Below are positions 18,462 to 27,658 of a stretch of 39,642 bases of DNA, in pieces. The notes beneath the pieces were generated by a model. The model saw only the letters and a program-made list of their open reading frames with translations, made no database searches and was not told the origin of the DNA. The DNA comes from Klebsiella phage ST437-OXA245phi4.1: the sequence record NC_049448.1; one strand, given 5' to 3'. Each line of letters begins with the position of its first letter. Position 1 is the stretch's first letter. Position numbers and translations under genes: made by a program.

Positions 18462-18665
18462 TCAGTCCCATAACTGGACGGTCTGCACCGTGGTAGTGGT
18501 CGCAATATCCGGCAGCTCCACCTGCAGCCCGTGAGGTAAAAAAGGGCCATGCTCAGCCAGCCCCGGATTTGCCTGCAGTACCTGCTCTGTGACGCCCTGC
18601 GTGCGCCCGTAATGACGCCAGCAAAGCGCATCCACCGTGTCACCCTGGTACGCACGCACTTTCAT
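18462..18665 (-). CDS. X: Tail protein X
   Basis: 67 aa, P2 X-like (MKVRAYQGDTVDALCWRHYG). Confidence 0.8.
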   Translation of the reverse strand: MKVRAYQGDTVDALCWRHYGRTQGVTEQVLQANPGLAEHGPFLPHGLQVELPDIATTTTVQTVQLWD

Positions 18666-19129
18666 CAGATCAGCTCCACCGTACAGTGGGGCGCATCCTG
18701 CACCCGGCTGATTGCCCAGCGGGCATCACGCCACAGATCGCCGCTGGCCTCCGCCAGCTCATCGCCTCGCTTGACGCCGGATGCCGTGGCGTCGTAGTCC
18801 TGGTACCGCTCATTCACCTGCGCACGCGCCCAGCAATACACGGCGTTATGGTAGTGGTGGATGCGCTCGCTTTTGCCGTCCAGCGCTTCCGCCGGTACGT
18901 CTGCCAGGGTCTGAAACCCCAACGACTGCTGGCGCTTGCGGAATTCGTACAGCTCCGCGTTGACCTCCGACATAGCAGACCGGATAAGCTGCCCGAGACG
19001 CGGCGACGTCACCGTACCATCCGTTCGCATCACGCTGCGAAAATCCGACAAATCCACATCGGGCCAGAATGGGGTGTTTTTGATGACCTCCGCCTGTTCC
19101 GGCGCCTGTTCTGGCGCAACAAATCTCAT
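18665..19129 (-). CDS. L: Head completion / stabilisation protein L
   Basis: 154 aa, in the P2 position. Confidence 0.85.
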   Translation of the reverse strand: MRFVAPEQAPEQAEVIKNTPFWPDVDLSDFRSVMRTDGTVTSPRLGQLIRSAMSEVNAELYEFRKRQQSLGFQTLADVPAEALDGKSERIHHYHNAVYCWARAQVNERYQDYDATASGVKRGDELAEASGDLWRDARWAISRVQDAPHCTVELI

Positions 19130-19224
19130 GCGGGTTTTCTCCTGAAAAGGTGGGCGGTGAACGGGATTTTGATAAGGCGCTGCCTGTCGCCATCCCGTGC
19201 CGCCCGTGCGCGGGGCACGTTCCG

Positions 19225-19878
19225 TTAGTGGCTGTTACGCAAATGACGCTCCAGCCGCTCTTTGTCTTTTTTCACACCGCAGCGGGGATCGAGCTGCAGC
19301 GCAAACGTGTAGTGGTTCAGGGCTGCGGCGGGGCGGGACTCGCTGATCACGGCGGCGATAGCTTTATGCAGCCGGGCGCGGGACTGGTCCGGCATGTCCA
19401 GCGCATCCGTCAGCGAAAGCGCCTGCAGCAGCACGTCAGCAGGGAATTCAGCTTTCATTCGCTGCGCGGCCTCCGCCTGATCTGCCAGCTCCTCAGCAAC
19501 AACGGTCTGCACGTTGCGGCGGCCCAGCGCCTGCGGCATCACCCAACCATGCTTAAGCGCGTGCGCGGCAATCTGCAGGCCACCGGCAAAATCACCGGCA
19601 TCGATACGCCAGACCATCAGAAACATCAGCACGTCATCCTGCTGCGCTCCACCGGCTGCCAGAACACCATCCGCCCAGGCGGTATATTTGGGTAACAGCT
19701 CCACCTTGATTTGTGCCTTTTTCACTGTGGACTGCACCCCCTTGAGGCGGCGGCGGTCCTCCGCCAGCTGCAGCAGCATCAGGTCATACCCCGACGCATG
19801 GCGAACACTGCCGCCCTGACGGGCGGCCTGTTCAGCCTGAACGCGCAGGCGGTGCTGCCGTGCGGGACTCAGGCTCAT
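19225..19878 (-). CDS. M: Terminase small (endonuclease) subunit M
   Basis: 217 aa, between N and L. Confidence 0.85.
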   Translation of the reverse strand: MSLSPARQHRLRVQAEQAARQGGSVRHASGYDLMLLQLAEDRRRLKGVQSTVKKAQIKVELLPKYTAWADGVLAAGGAQQDDVLMFLMVWRIDAGDFAGGLQIAAHALKHGWVMPQALGRRNVQTVVAEELADQAEAAQRMKAEFPADVLLQALSLTDALDMPDQSRARLHKAIAAVISESRPAAALNHYTFALQLDPRCGVKKDKERLERHLRNSH

Positions 19879-19881
19879 GCG

Positions 19882-20934
19882 TTACTCCCCTTCTCCGGCG
19901 CTGAAATCGCCAATACTGATGTTTTCCACCAGTGCCACGCAGCGGTAATCCTCCACCACATACGCCTCGTTGACGGATTCGAAGTTTTCGATGCGATCGC
20001 GTTTCGGGTTATCAATGACCGAACGGCGGCGGGTATCTTCCTGCCAGTAGATGGACAGGTTATCCAGACGGGTGATCAGCACGGCATTAGCCGGGAATGA
20101 CGGGGCGCGGACAGCCTGCAGGCCACCCATGCGTTTCTGACTGATAATCAGATCAGCGGCCAGCTTTTCACTGTTTTCCTGCTCCTTATTGACCAGCGGG
20201 AAATACTTGTCAGACAGCAGCTCACGACCACAGATCACGACCAGATCAGCATCATCCTGGAAAACCGGGTCAATCAGCTCATTAACGGCATCCATCACCA
20301 GTGCATCCAGGTTGGCATATTTACCGCCCTTGCCTACCTTCACCGGGTCTGCGGTGGTAGTGCCATCTTCTGCCGTGGTGCTGCCCATCACGCAATCTGC
20401 CGCATCTTCGCGGACTTTCTGCAGCCAGCCTTTATTAACGTCCTGCAGCAGCGGGTTATCGACACGGTTTGAGGTTTTGGCACGCTTCACACCGTTGAAC
20501 CCGATCATGATGCGGTCCAGCGCCTGGCGCTTGACGATGGCGTTACGGATGCGCACCTGGAAATCCTGGAATTTCGCCCACAGGTCAAGTTTTGCGTAGG
20601 TCAGCACTGTATCAAAGTTGGTCTGCTCGCACTTGTACTCAACATCAACCATGACCGTCGGATCGGTTGGTTCGCGTTCCTTCGTGGTCGTGTCAGTCGT
20701 CCCGGCAATGGTGCTACCGACGCCCAGACCCAGCAGCTGGCCTGATTGCTCAGTCACCCCAATGATGTTAATCATGGTCAGGAATGCGGCGGACTGCTGG
20801 ATCTGGTCTTCCAGCGTCTGCTGCACAGACGGCTCCACGGTGAACTTGCTGGACAGCTCCTCAACTTCTACGCCATTCAGGCGCGCCAGCTGCTGCAGGT
20901 AGGCGTTAAAGGCAAAACGTGTTTTCTTTTTCAT
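19882..20934 (-). CDS. N: Major capsid protein N
   Basis: 350 aa, in the P2 position. Confidence 0.9.
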   Translation of the reverse strand: MKKKTRFAFNAYLQQLARLNGVEVEELSSKFTVEPSVQQTLEDQIQQSAAFLTMINIIGVTEQSGQLLGLGVGSTIAGTTDTTTKEREPTDPTVMVDVEYKCEQTNFDTVLTYAKLDLWAKFQDFQVRIRNAIVKRQALDRIMIGFNGVKRAKTSNRVDNPLLQDVNKGWLQKVREDAADCVMGSTTAEDGTTTADPVKVGKGGKYANLDALVMDAVNELIDPVFQDDADLVVICGRELLSDKYFPLVNKEQENSEKLAADLIISQKRMGGLQAVRAPSFPANAVLITRLDNLSIYWQEDTRRRSVIDNPKRDRIENFESVNEAYVVEDYRCVALVENISIGDFSAGEGE

Positions 20935-20950
20935 TGGTTCTTATGCTCCA

Positions 20951-21784
20951 TCAGCAATTGGTCAGGGTGCCTGCCGGCGCGTTACCGCCCGGCGCGCGCT
21001 GGCGATAATCTTTGCGGCTGTCTTCCTGTTGCAGTTGCTGCTCCAGTTCCGCAAAAGCGGTCTGCTGCTCCTGCAGGGATGTTTCCAGCGCAGCAAGGCG
21101 CTTATCCTGCGCGGACAGGGATTGCTCGGTGCGTTCGCTCAGGTTCTGCTGCTCGGTGGCGACCAGCTCAACGGCACGATGCACATCAGAAAAACGCGCA
21201 TCATCGGTTTGCTCTTTTTTGGTAAACATCGCGGTGACGCGGGCAAAGAGGGAGGTTTTTTCGCCCTGGACCTCTTCCCACTCGATCAGCGTCTCTTCTG
21301 CGGCGGTAAAGAGGTTTTCCGGGCTCTGCTTGCGTCCTGCCAGCGGGTTGCTTTTGGCGCTGGCGCTAAACTGCAGCATTTCTGTACCCAGGCTTGCCGG
21401 GTCGTCAGTCGCTGCCAGGCCAACCAGGTACGCTTTGCCGGTATCAGCAAAACTGGTATTGACCTCCATGGAGGTGAACAGCTTTTGCAGCTTGCGGGTA
21501 TACGCCACCAGATCAGCTGACGGGGTGATCCACGCATACAGGGCCATTTTCCCCTTCAGCGGGCCATCCGCAATTTCTTCAGCCTCCAGCTTATCCACGG
21601 TCCCGAAACGGCGGAATGGACTGTCCGGGGTGTAGCCCTTGATATGTTCCAGATTAATCAGCGCCGTATAGACCTGCGGGTTATAACTGGCCGCCATCTG
21701 CTCCAGCCAGGCGCGCTCAATGGTGCGCCCGTCGGTTGTTGCCCCTTCCACACCAATGCGGAAGCGTTTTGCTTTAACTGCCAT
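20951..21784 (-). CDS. O: Capsid scaffolding protein O
   Basis: 277 aa with a coiled-coil C-terminus. It is divergent from P. Confidence 0.85.
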   Translation of the reverse strand: MAVKAKRFRIGVEGATTDGRTIERAWLEQMAASYNPQVYTALINLEHIKGYTPDSPFRRFGTVDKLEAEEIADGPLKGKMALYAWITPSADLVAYTRKLQKLFTSMEVNTSFADTGKAYLVGLAATDDPASLGTEMLQFSASAKSNPLAGRKQSPENLFTAAEETLIEWEEVQGEKTSLFARVTAMFTKKEQTDDARFSDVHRAVELVATEQQNLSERTEQSLSAQDKRLAALETSLQEQQTAFAELEQQLQQEDSRKDYRQRAPGGNAPAGTLTNC

Positions 21785-21860
21785 TTGAGCGACTCCATCA
21801 AATAACTCAGTGAGGCCTTATGGTTGCTGTGATGGAGGGGGCGAAACAACGCGCAGACCT

Positions 21861-21878
21861 TGTGCGGTAAACCACACA
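21861..21878. promoter_or_regulatory. Candidate Ogr-binding dyad TGT-N12-ACA in the P/O divergent intergenic region
   Basis: The sequence is TGTGCGGTAAACCACACA. Its centre is about 55 nt upstream of a start roughly 30 nt ahead of the O ATG. Confidence 0.4.
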
Positions 21879-21924
21879 AAAGCCAGCCGGGGAAAGGCTC
21901 AGGGCAAGCCCGTATGTTTGTCCC

Positions 21925-23688
21925 ATGGAAACGATGACCCCCGCAGAGCTCGATCCCCGTCGGCAGGCACTACTGCTGTATTTTCAGGGATACCGCATAG
22001 CCCGCATTGCAGAAATGCTGGGCGAGAAAGCCGCAACCGTTCACAGCTGGAAAAAACGCGATAAGTGGGGCAGCTATGGTCCGCTTGACCAGATGCAGCT
22101 CACCACGGCCGCGCGGTACTGCCAGCTGATCATGAAGGAGCAAAAAGAAGGGAAGGATTTTAAGGAAATTGACCTGCTGGCGCGCCAGTCCGAGCGCCAC
22201 GCTCGCATCGGAAAATTTAACAACGGCGGCAACGAGGCCGATTTAAACCCGAACGTGGAAAACCGCAACCGCGGCCCCCGCAAACCACCTGAAAAAAACC
22301 TGTTCAGCGACAAACAGATCGAAAAGCTGGAAGAGATTTTCCGCGCTGGCATGTTCGAATATCAGCGCCACTGGTGGGAAGCAGGGATAAAGCATCGTAT
22401 CCGCAACGTGCTGAAGTCCCGCCAAATCGGGGCAACGTATTACTTTGCGCGTGAGGCACTGATCGATGCGCTGGTGACTGGCCGCAACCAAATTTTCCTG
22501 TCAGCAAGTAAAGCTCAGGCGCACGTGTTTAAGCAGTACATCATTGAGTTTGCCAAAGAGGTCGATGTAGAGCTTAAAGGCGATCCGATGGTCCTGCCAA
22601 ACGGTGCCACGCTCTATTTTCTGGGGACCAATGCCCGCACCGCGCAGAGCTACCACGGCAACCTGTACCTTGATGAATATTTCTGGATACCGAAATTCCA
22701 GGAGCTGCGAAAAGTCGCCTCGGGTATGGCGCTGCACAAAAAGTGGCGGCAAACCTATTTTTCCACCCCGTCCAGCCTGACACACAGCGCCTATCCCTTC
22801 TGGTCTGGCGCGCTGTATAACCGTGGTCGCTCAAAAACGGACCGTGTGGATATCGACCTTACCCACTCGGCGCTGGCGGCTGGCCTGCTTTGTGCTGATG
22901 GTCAGTTCCGGCAGATTGTGACGGTGGAAGATGCCGTGCGCGGGGGCTGTAACCTGTTCGACCTCGACCAGCTGCGACTGGAATACAGCCCGGACGAATA
23001 CCAGAACCTGCTGATGTGTGAATTTATTGACGATCTCGCGTCCGTGTTCCCGCTTTCCGACCTGCAGGCCTGCATGGTGGACAGCTGGGAGGTCTGGGAA
23101 GATTTTCATGCACTGGCGCTGCGTCCGTTTGGCTGGGGCGAGGTGTGGATCGGATATGACCCTGCGAAAGGCACCCAGAACGGTGACAGCGCCGGGTGCG
23201 TCGTTATCGCCCCACCATCCGTTCCCGGCGGCAAGTTCCGCATACTGGAGCGCCACCAGTGGCGGGGAATGGACTTCCGCGCCCAGGCAGAAGCCATCCG
23301 CCAGCTAACACTGCAATACAACGTGACCTATATCGGCATTGACTCCACCGGCGTCGGTCACGGCGTTTATGAGAACGTCAAAGGCTTTTTCCCTGCCGTC
23401 CGGGAGTTTGTCTATAACCCCAACGTCAAAAACGCCCTGGTGCTCAAGGCATACGACATCATCAGCCACCGCCGCATTGAGTTTGACGCCGGTCATACCG
23501 ACATCGCGCAGTCATTCATGGCTATCCGCCGGGCCACCACCGCCAGCGGCAACCGTCCAACCTATGAAGCCAGCCGCAGCGAAGAAGCCAGCCACGCAGA
23601 TCTGGCCTGGGCAACGATGCACGCACTATTTAATGAACCGCTGCAGGGCGAAGCCGCCAATACCAGCAACATTGTGGAGATTTTTTGA
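21925..23688 (+). CDS. P: Terminase large (ATPase) subunit P
   Basis: 587 aa, in the P-then-Q order reading towards cos. Confidence 0.9.
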   Translation: METMTPAELDPRRQALLLYFQGYRIARIAEMLGEKAATVHSWKKRDKWGSYGPLDQMQLTTAARYCQLIMKEQKEGKDFKEIDLLARQSERHARIGKFNNGGNEADLNPNVENRNRGPRKPPEKNLFSDKQIEKLEEIFRAGMFEYQRHWWEAGIKHRIRNVLKSRQIGATYYFAREALIDALVTGRNQIFLSASKAQAHVFKQYIIEFAKEVDVELKGDPMVLPNGATLYFLGTNARTAQSYHGNLYLDEYFWIPKFQELRKVASGMALHKKWRQTYFSTPSSLTHSAYPFWSGALYNRGRSKTDRVDIDLTHSALAAGLLCADGQFRQIVTVEDAVRGGCNLFDLDQLRLEYSPDEYQNLLMCEFIDDLASVFPLSDLQACMVDSWEVWEDFHALALRPFGWGEVWIGYDPAKGTQNGDSAGCVVIAPPSVPGGKFRILERHQWRGMDFRAQAEAIRQLTLQYNVTYIGIDSTGVGHGVYENVKGFFPAVREFVYNPNVKNALVLKAYDIISHRRIEFDAGHTDIAQSFMAIRRATTASGNRPTYEASRSEEASHADLAWATMHALFNEPLQGEAANTSNIVEIF

Positions 23689-24731
23689 TGACTGAGAATA
23701 CCGCACAGGATGCGATGCCACCTGACGTACAACCCAATGATGCAGCGACTACCCAGGCGTTCAGCTTTGGCGATCCCATTCCGGTTCTAGACCGCCGCGA
23801 ACTTCTGGACTACGTAGAATGTGTGCAAATGGACCGCTGGTATGAGCCGCCGGTGAGCTTTGACGGGCTGGCGCGGACCTATCGCGCCGCTGTACATCAC
23901 AGCTCACCGATTGCCGTTAAGCGTGACATTCTCAGCAGTACCTACATCCCGCACCGCCTGCTTAGCCAGCAGGCTTTTACCCGTTTTGTGCAGGATTACC
24001 TGGTATTTGGTAATGCCTATCTGGAAAAGCGCACTAACCGGCTCGGTGGCGTACTGTCACTGGAGCCGACCCTGGCGAAATACACGCGGCGCGGAGTTCA
24101 CCTCGACACCTACTGGTTCTTGCAATACGGCATGACCACCCAGCCCTATGAATTTACGCCGGGAAGCATTTTTCATCTGCTGGAGCCAGACATTAACCAG
24201 GAAATTTACGGGCTGCCCGGCTATCTTTCGGCCATCCCGTCAACCCTGCTCAACGAATCCGCAACCCTGTTCCGCCGGAAGTATTATCTCAACGGCAGCC
24301 ACGCAGGATTTATCATGTACATGACCGACGCGGCGCAGAACCAGGAGGACGTGAACAACATCCGCCATGCGATGAAAAGCGCCAAAGGACCGGGCAACTT
24401 CCGCAACCTGTTTATGTACTCGCCCAACGGAAAAAAGGACGGCATCCAGATCATCCCACTGTCAGAAGTAGCGGCAAAGGATGAGTTTCTGAATATCAAA
24501 AACGTCAGCCGGGATGACATGATGGCAGCGCACCGTGTCCCCCCGCAGATGATGGGCATTATTCCCAACAATACCGGCGGTTTTGGTGACGTTGAAAAGG
24601 CCAGTCGTGTCTTTGTCCGCAACGAGCTGATACCGTTGCAAAAGCGACTGCAGGAGCTTAATGACTGGCTGGGTGAGGAAGTGATACGTTTCGAACCGTA
24701 TATCTTGGATATTCAAAAAGAAAATCAATAA
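23685..24731 (+). CDS. Q: Portal protein Q
   Basis: 348 aa. It overlaps P with an ATGA junction. Confidence 0.9.
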   Translation: MMTENTAQDAMPPDVQPNDAATTQAFSFGDPIPVLDRRELLDYVECVQMDRWYEPPVSFDGLARTYRAAVHHSSPIAVKRDILSSTYIPHRLLSQQAFTRFVQDYLVFGNAYLEKRTNRLGGVLSLEPTLAKYTRRGVHLDTYWFLQYGMTTQPYEFTPGSIFHLLEPDINQEIYGLPGYLSAIPSTLLNESATLFRRKYYLNGSHAGFIMYMTDAAQNQEDVNNIRHAMKSAKGPGNFRNLFMYSPNGKKDGIQIIPLSEVAAKDEFLNIKNVSRDDMMAAHRVPPQMMGIIPNNTGGFGDVEKASRVFVRNELIPLQKRLQELNDWLGEEVIRFEPYILDIQKENQ

Positions 24732-24761
24732 AACGCTTAACAAATAATAATCATTATCATA

Positions 24762-24780
24762 GGCCGCAGAATTAGCGGCC
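24762..24780. terminator. Bidirectional hairpin terminator between Q and the convergent small ORFs
   Basis: GGCCGC agaatta GCGGCC hairpin, with AT-rich runs on both sides. Confidence 0.5.
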
Positions 24781-24787
24781 TTATTCA

Positions 24788-25072
24788 TTACCAATTTCTT
24801 TTTTCGGAGTTTAACCAATCAGCGCATGGATAATTTCTTGACGCCCATTCTCTTTGTAAACGAGCTACAAACAGAATATCGTTACTATCAACCCTAGATT
24901 TAAGTCCATCGCGCAGTTGGGCTGCGGTTAAAGTTGTATCTATTAACCAAAACGATTCAAGATGCTTACAATATGTAAAATTTTTTAGATAGTCAAAAAC
25001 TTCATCGTAGTTTCTTCCCGGCGCCTTCAGATCATAGGTAACGCAATAAATAGCCATCTTCATGCTCCGCAT
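24788..25072 (-). CDS. Hypothetical 94-aa protein with a Cas2/VapD-fold-like pattern
   Basis: MAIYCVTYDL...DSNDILFVARL follows the beta-strand / YD / terminal hydrophobic-R-L pattern of Cas2-fold proteins, judged by eye. It is AT-rich and lies between Q and cos. Confidence 0.45.
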   Translation of the reverse strand: MRSMKMAIYCVTYDLKAPGRNYDEVFDYLKNFTYCKHLESFWLIDTTLTAAQLRDGLKSRVDSNDILFVARLQREWASRNYPCADWLNSEKRNW

Positions 25073-25254
25073 TTTTTGTCATTTGGGGAGCATTTTAGAC
25101 TACGACATCTACGACAATACGATTGCGGGATCAGACGCTCACCTTCCACCGTTCTAAAACCAAATACTTCTTCAATTTTATTCAAATCACCACCTGCAAC
25201 GACGCTACAACAAGGACAGACAGCTTCGACTTGGTATGTCATGTTCATCTCCAT
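25060..25254 (-). CDS. Hypothetical Cys4 zinc-ribbon protein (64 aa)
   Basis: CPCC...CRRCRSLKC motif. It overlaps the downstream 94-aa ORF by 13 nt, so the two probably form an operon. Confidence 0.4.
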   Translation of the reverse strand: MEMNMTYQVEAVCPCCSVVAGGDLNKIEEVFGFRTVEGERLIPQSYCRRCRSLKCSPNDKKCGA

Positions 25255-25331
25255 TACACGTGTTTAATGTAGGGTAACTAATCAGCCGCAACAAAATGAG
25301 ACATGGCTCCAGAAACCTTACATAACCCCGC

Positions 25332-25350
25332 TAGCGCGCGCTCGTATCCC
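25332..25350. other. Probable cos site (19-nt cohesive-end sequence of the P2/186 type)
   Basis: The reverse complement reads GGCGTGGCGGGGATACGAG, against GGCGAGGCGGGGAAAGCAC for P2. It is oriented with its G-rich end pointing away from Q, as in P2. Confidence 0.5.
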
Positions 25351-25577
25351 CGCCACGCCTGCCCGCTTTGTGTAGTGGTTTTCATGCACCTGCATGACAC
25401 AGGCGAAAGCCCGCCAGAACTGGCGGGCCCGAGCAGAAATGATCCTTTTGCGATCATTCATTTTCATGCGCTATAGTCATGCAACAAACACATACGAACC
25501 ATATGGTTAGATTACTCATCAAGTCAGATGGATTTTCAGGCAGATTGCCACAGCAATTGTAAAGGAGCGAGATTGAA

Positions 25578-26579
25578 ATGGGTGGAGAGACTTCGGCTAT
25601 ACAACGAGTCGCGGGTAAGATTTCTGATGATATTTTCTCAGTATTCAAATGGGATCGTGCCGCTAGAGCGGATATGAATTGGGATTGTTGCCAAGAGGCT
25701 CATTCTAAGAAAACGCATCCAAGCGATGTTGTATTTTTCTACATAGATCCATATGAGGAGGAAATGGTCTATCTCAACACAGACCTCAAAAGCTATGCAG
25801 AAGGTACTATTGGGAAAAAAATAGTCGAGGGAGCTTTAACATCGCTTGCTTTAGCTACCGAATGTGCAAATGTGAGTGAAGAATGGCGATTGAAATATGT
25901 TCATGATGATTCTTTAGGTTATAACGTAAGAGGGTTATTATTCTTATATAACCATGATAACTTATATGACAAGGACTTTTATGAGAATATTACGAAAAAG
26001 TTAGACCACTCATCTATAAATTGCCCTCCAAACATCAAACTACATTTACTTGACCCTTATAAAATATCAGATTTGATAAACATATCTTCTGACATAACCA
26101 AATTAATTGGTTCAGGAAAACTTCCTCAACCTGATAAGTTCACATATTATTACCCAGATCTTTCACTAACACGAATAAAACACCCTATTAATCAGGCAAC
26201 ACCCGCAACAATTGAATTATTAACATCACCATACATTATAATAAAGCATGAGGCTTTTAGTTGGCTCAGGGATAAAAATCCTGAAGGATATGTTGTTTAT
26301 TATAATCAACCTGGGGATTCAGTAGACGAATTTGTTTACTTCTTTGATATGTTATCAACTTATCAGATACTAACCGAAGGTAAACCAATCGTATTACGCC
26401 ATTGTTACATTCATCCAAATGAAAATGCCATTCATCACTTTGAAAGAGCGAAAAAGAAATACAGCACAGACTGGCTCTTAGGCGAGGATGAAAGACTTTT
26501 TCTTAAAATCGACTTCGACAAGACAGACAAAATTGTTGTTGAATATAATCTTGAAAAAATCGGCATGGAGCAACGATAA
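25578..26579 (+). CDS. Cargo operon gene 1 (333 aa), hypothetical; possible PD-(D/E)xK-like core
   Basis: AGGAG ribosome-binding site 9 nt upstream. The gene is strongly AT-rich. Residues 51-71 (VVFFYID...NTDLK) fit a hhhD-x13-DxK pattern. No Walker motifs. Confidence 0.7.
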   Translation: MGGETSAIQRVAGKISDDIFSVFKWDRAARADMNWDCCQEAHSKKTHPSDVVFFYIDPYEEEMVYLNTDLKSYAEGTIGKKIVEGALTSLALATECANVSEEWRLKYVHDDSLGYNVRGLLFLYNHDNLYDKDFYENITKKLDHSSINCPPNIKLHLLDPYKISDLINISSDITKLIGSGKLPQPDKFTYYYPDLSLTRIKHPINQATPATIELLTSPYIIIKHEAFSWLRDKNPEGYVVYYNQPGDSVDEFVYFFDMLSTYQILTEGKPIVLRHCYIHPNENAIHHFERAKKKYSTDWLLGEDERLFLKIDFDKTDKIVVEYNLEKIGMEQR

Positions 26580-27658
26580 TGGCTAAAAAACTATATTTCG
26601 CAACTGACAAAAATATTTATGATGCATTGCATCATAAAAGGATAACCGCTGCAAAATTGCATGAATTATTGTTGAATAGAGGTGTGTTTTTATCACCAGA
26701 ACTCGACAAGGAAATACTAATTGAGGAAATATCCAAACTTCCTCACGGATTTAATGAATTAGAACACATAAAAAAACTGGTCAAAACATATGACCCAAGA
26801 GAAAGCACTACTAGTGTAAGCTTCCAAACCTCAACAAATCAGGCCGAATTAATAAGTGCAGCTGAAGCACTAAAGAAAACATGCTCACCTAGTAAAGGTC
26901 AAAGCCTGAATATTGTAGCTAAAAAAGATGGCTCACTTACAGTAGAATACAACTATGAAGAAATAGACCTGTCTAAAACTGCATTACGTCAGATCGACAA
27001 GCGGAATGTTATAATAGAACTTCGCCCTGATACTGACAAAGTTGAAGTACGTATGCCTCAAAACCCCGAGGCAAAAAAAGTTATTGAGAGCCTGCAAAAC
27101 GAGCTATCTAAAATCAAGTCCGAGCCTATCGAGCGCTTCGAAATCTCACTACTAGCAATAACTGACCCTACATTGAGAAGTCAGTTCTTTCAAGAATTAA
27201 TGAATGGCCTACGTGGTTATGAGACTGATGACGTAACAAAAGTCGAATTAAATCGCAGTACTGATGCCAGTGAGGATGAAGACAAGGAAGAAACTATTGA
27301 TACCGGATTTGTTAAGAAAGCCGTCCTGAATGGTGAAGGGGTAAACAGTTCAGCTATATTCTCTCAATTACATGAGAAAGGTTATTATATCGGGCGTATT
27401 GCATGGTCTTCAAAACCAACAAGTGGAATTGGAGATAGAATCAACGTCGAAGCATTTTTTAAAGACTCAGAGAAATGCTGTGACTTTGCCTATCAAATTA
27501 AAGGGATAAACAATCAAAAAGAAGATGGTTTCAATGTAACCATTCGCGCGGCAACGGCACAAGAGAAAAAACATATTAGTGAATTAATTGAGTCCGCCGC
27601 TGAAAATGCCTATAATATAATAATAGGATCAGAGGTGAACGAAGATGAAAAAAGTTAA
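26579..27658 (+). CDS. Cargo operon gene 2 (359 aa), hypothetical, acidic
   Basis: It starts in a TAATG overlap with gene 1. It is AT-rich, with no recognisable motif. Confidence 0.7.
   Translation: MAKKLYFATDKNIYDALHHKRITAAKLHELLLNRGVFLSPELDKEILIEEISKLPHGFNELEHIKKLVKTYDPRESTTSVSFQTSTNQAELISAAEALKKTCSPSKGQSLNIVAKKDGSLTVEYNYEEIDLSKTALRQIDKRNVIIELRPDTDKVEVRMPQNPEAKKVIESLQNELSKIKSEPIERFEISLLAITDPTLRSQFFQELMNGLRGYETDDVTKVELNRSTDASEDEDKEETIDTGFVKKAVLNGEGVNSSAIFSQLHEKGYYIGRIAWSSKPTSGIGDRINVEAFFKDSEKCCDFAYQIKGINNQKEDGFNVTIRAATAQEKKHISELIESAAENAYNIIIGSEVNEDEKS

Noticed and set aside
24788-25072. A Cas2 gene implying a CRISPR-Cas locus
   Set aside because: The Cas2-like pattern is weak, and there is no cas1, no other cas gene and no array. 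At most it is a Cas2/VapD-fold small protein.
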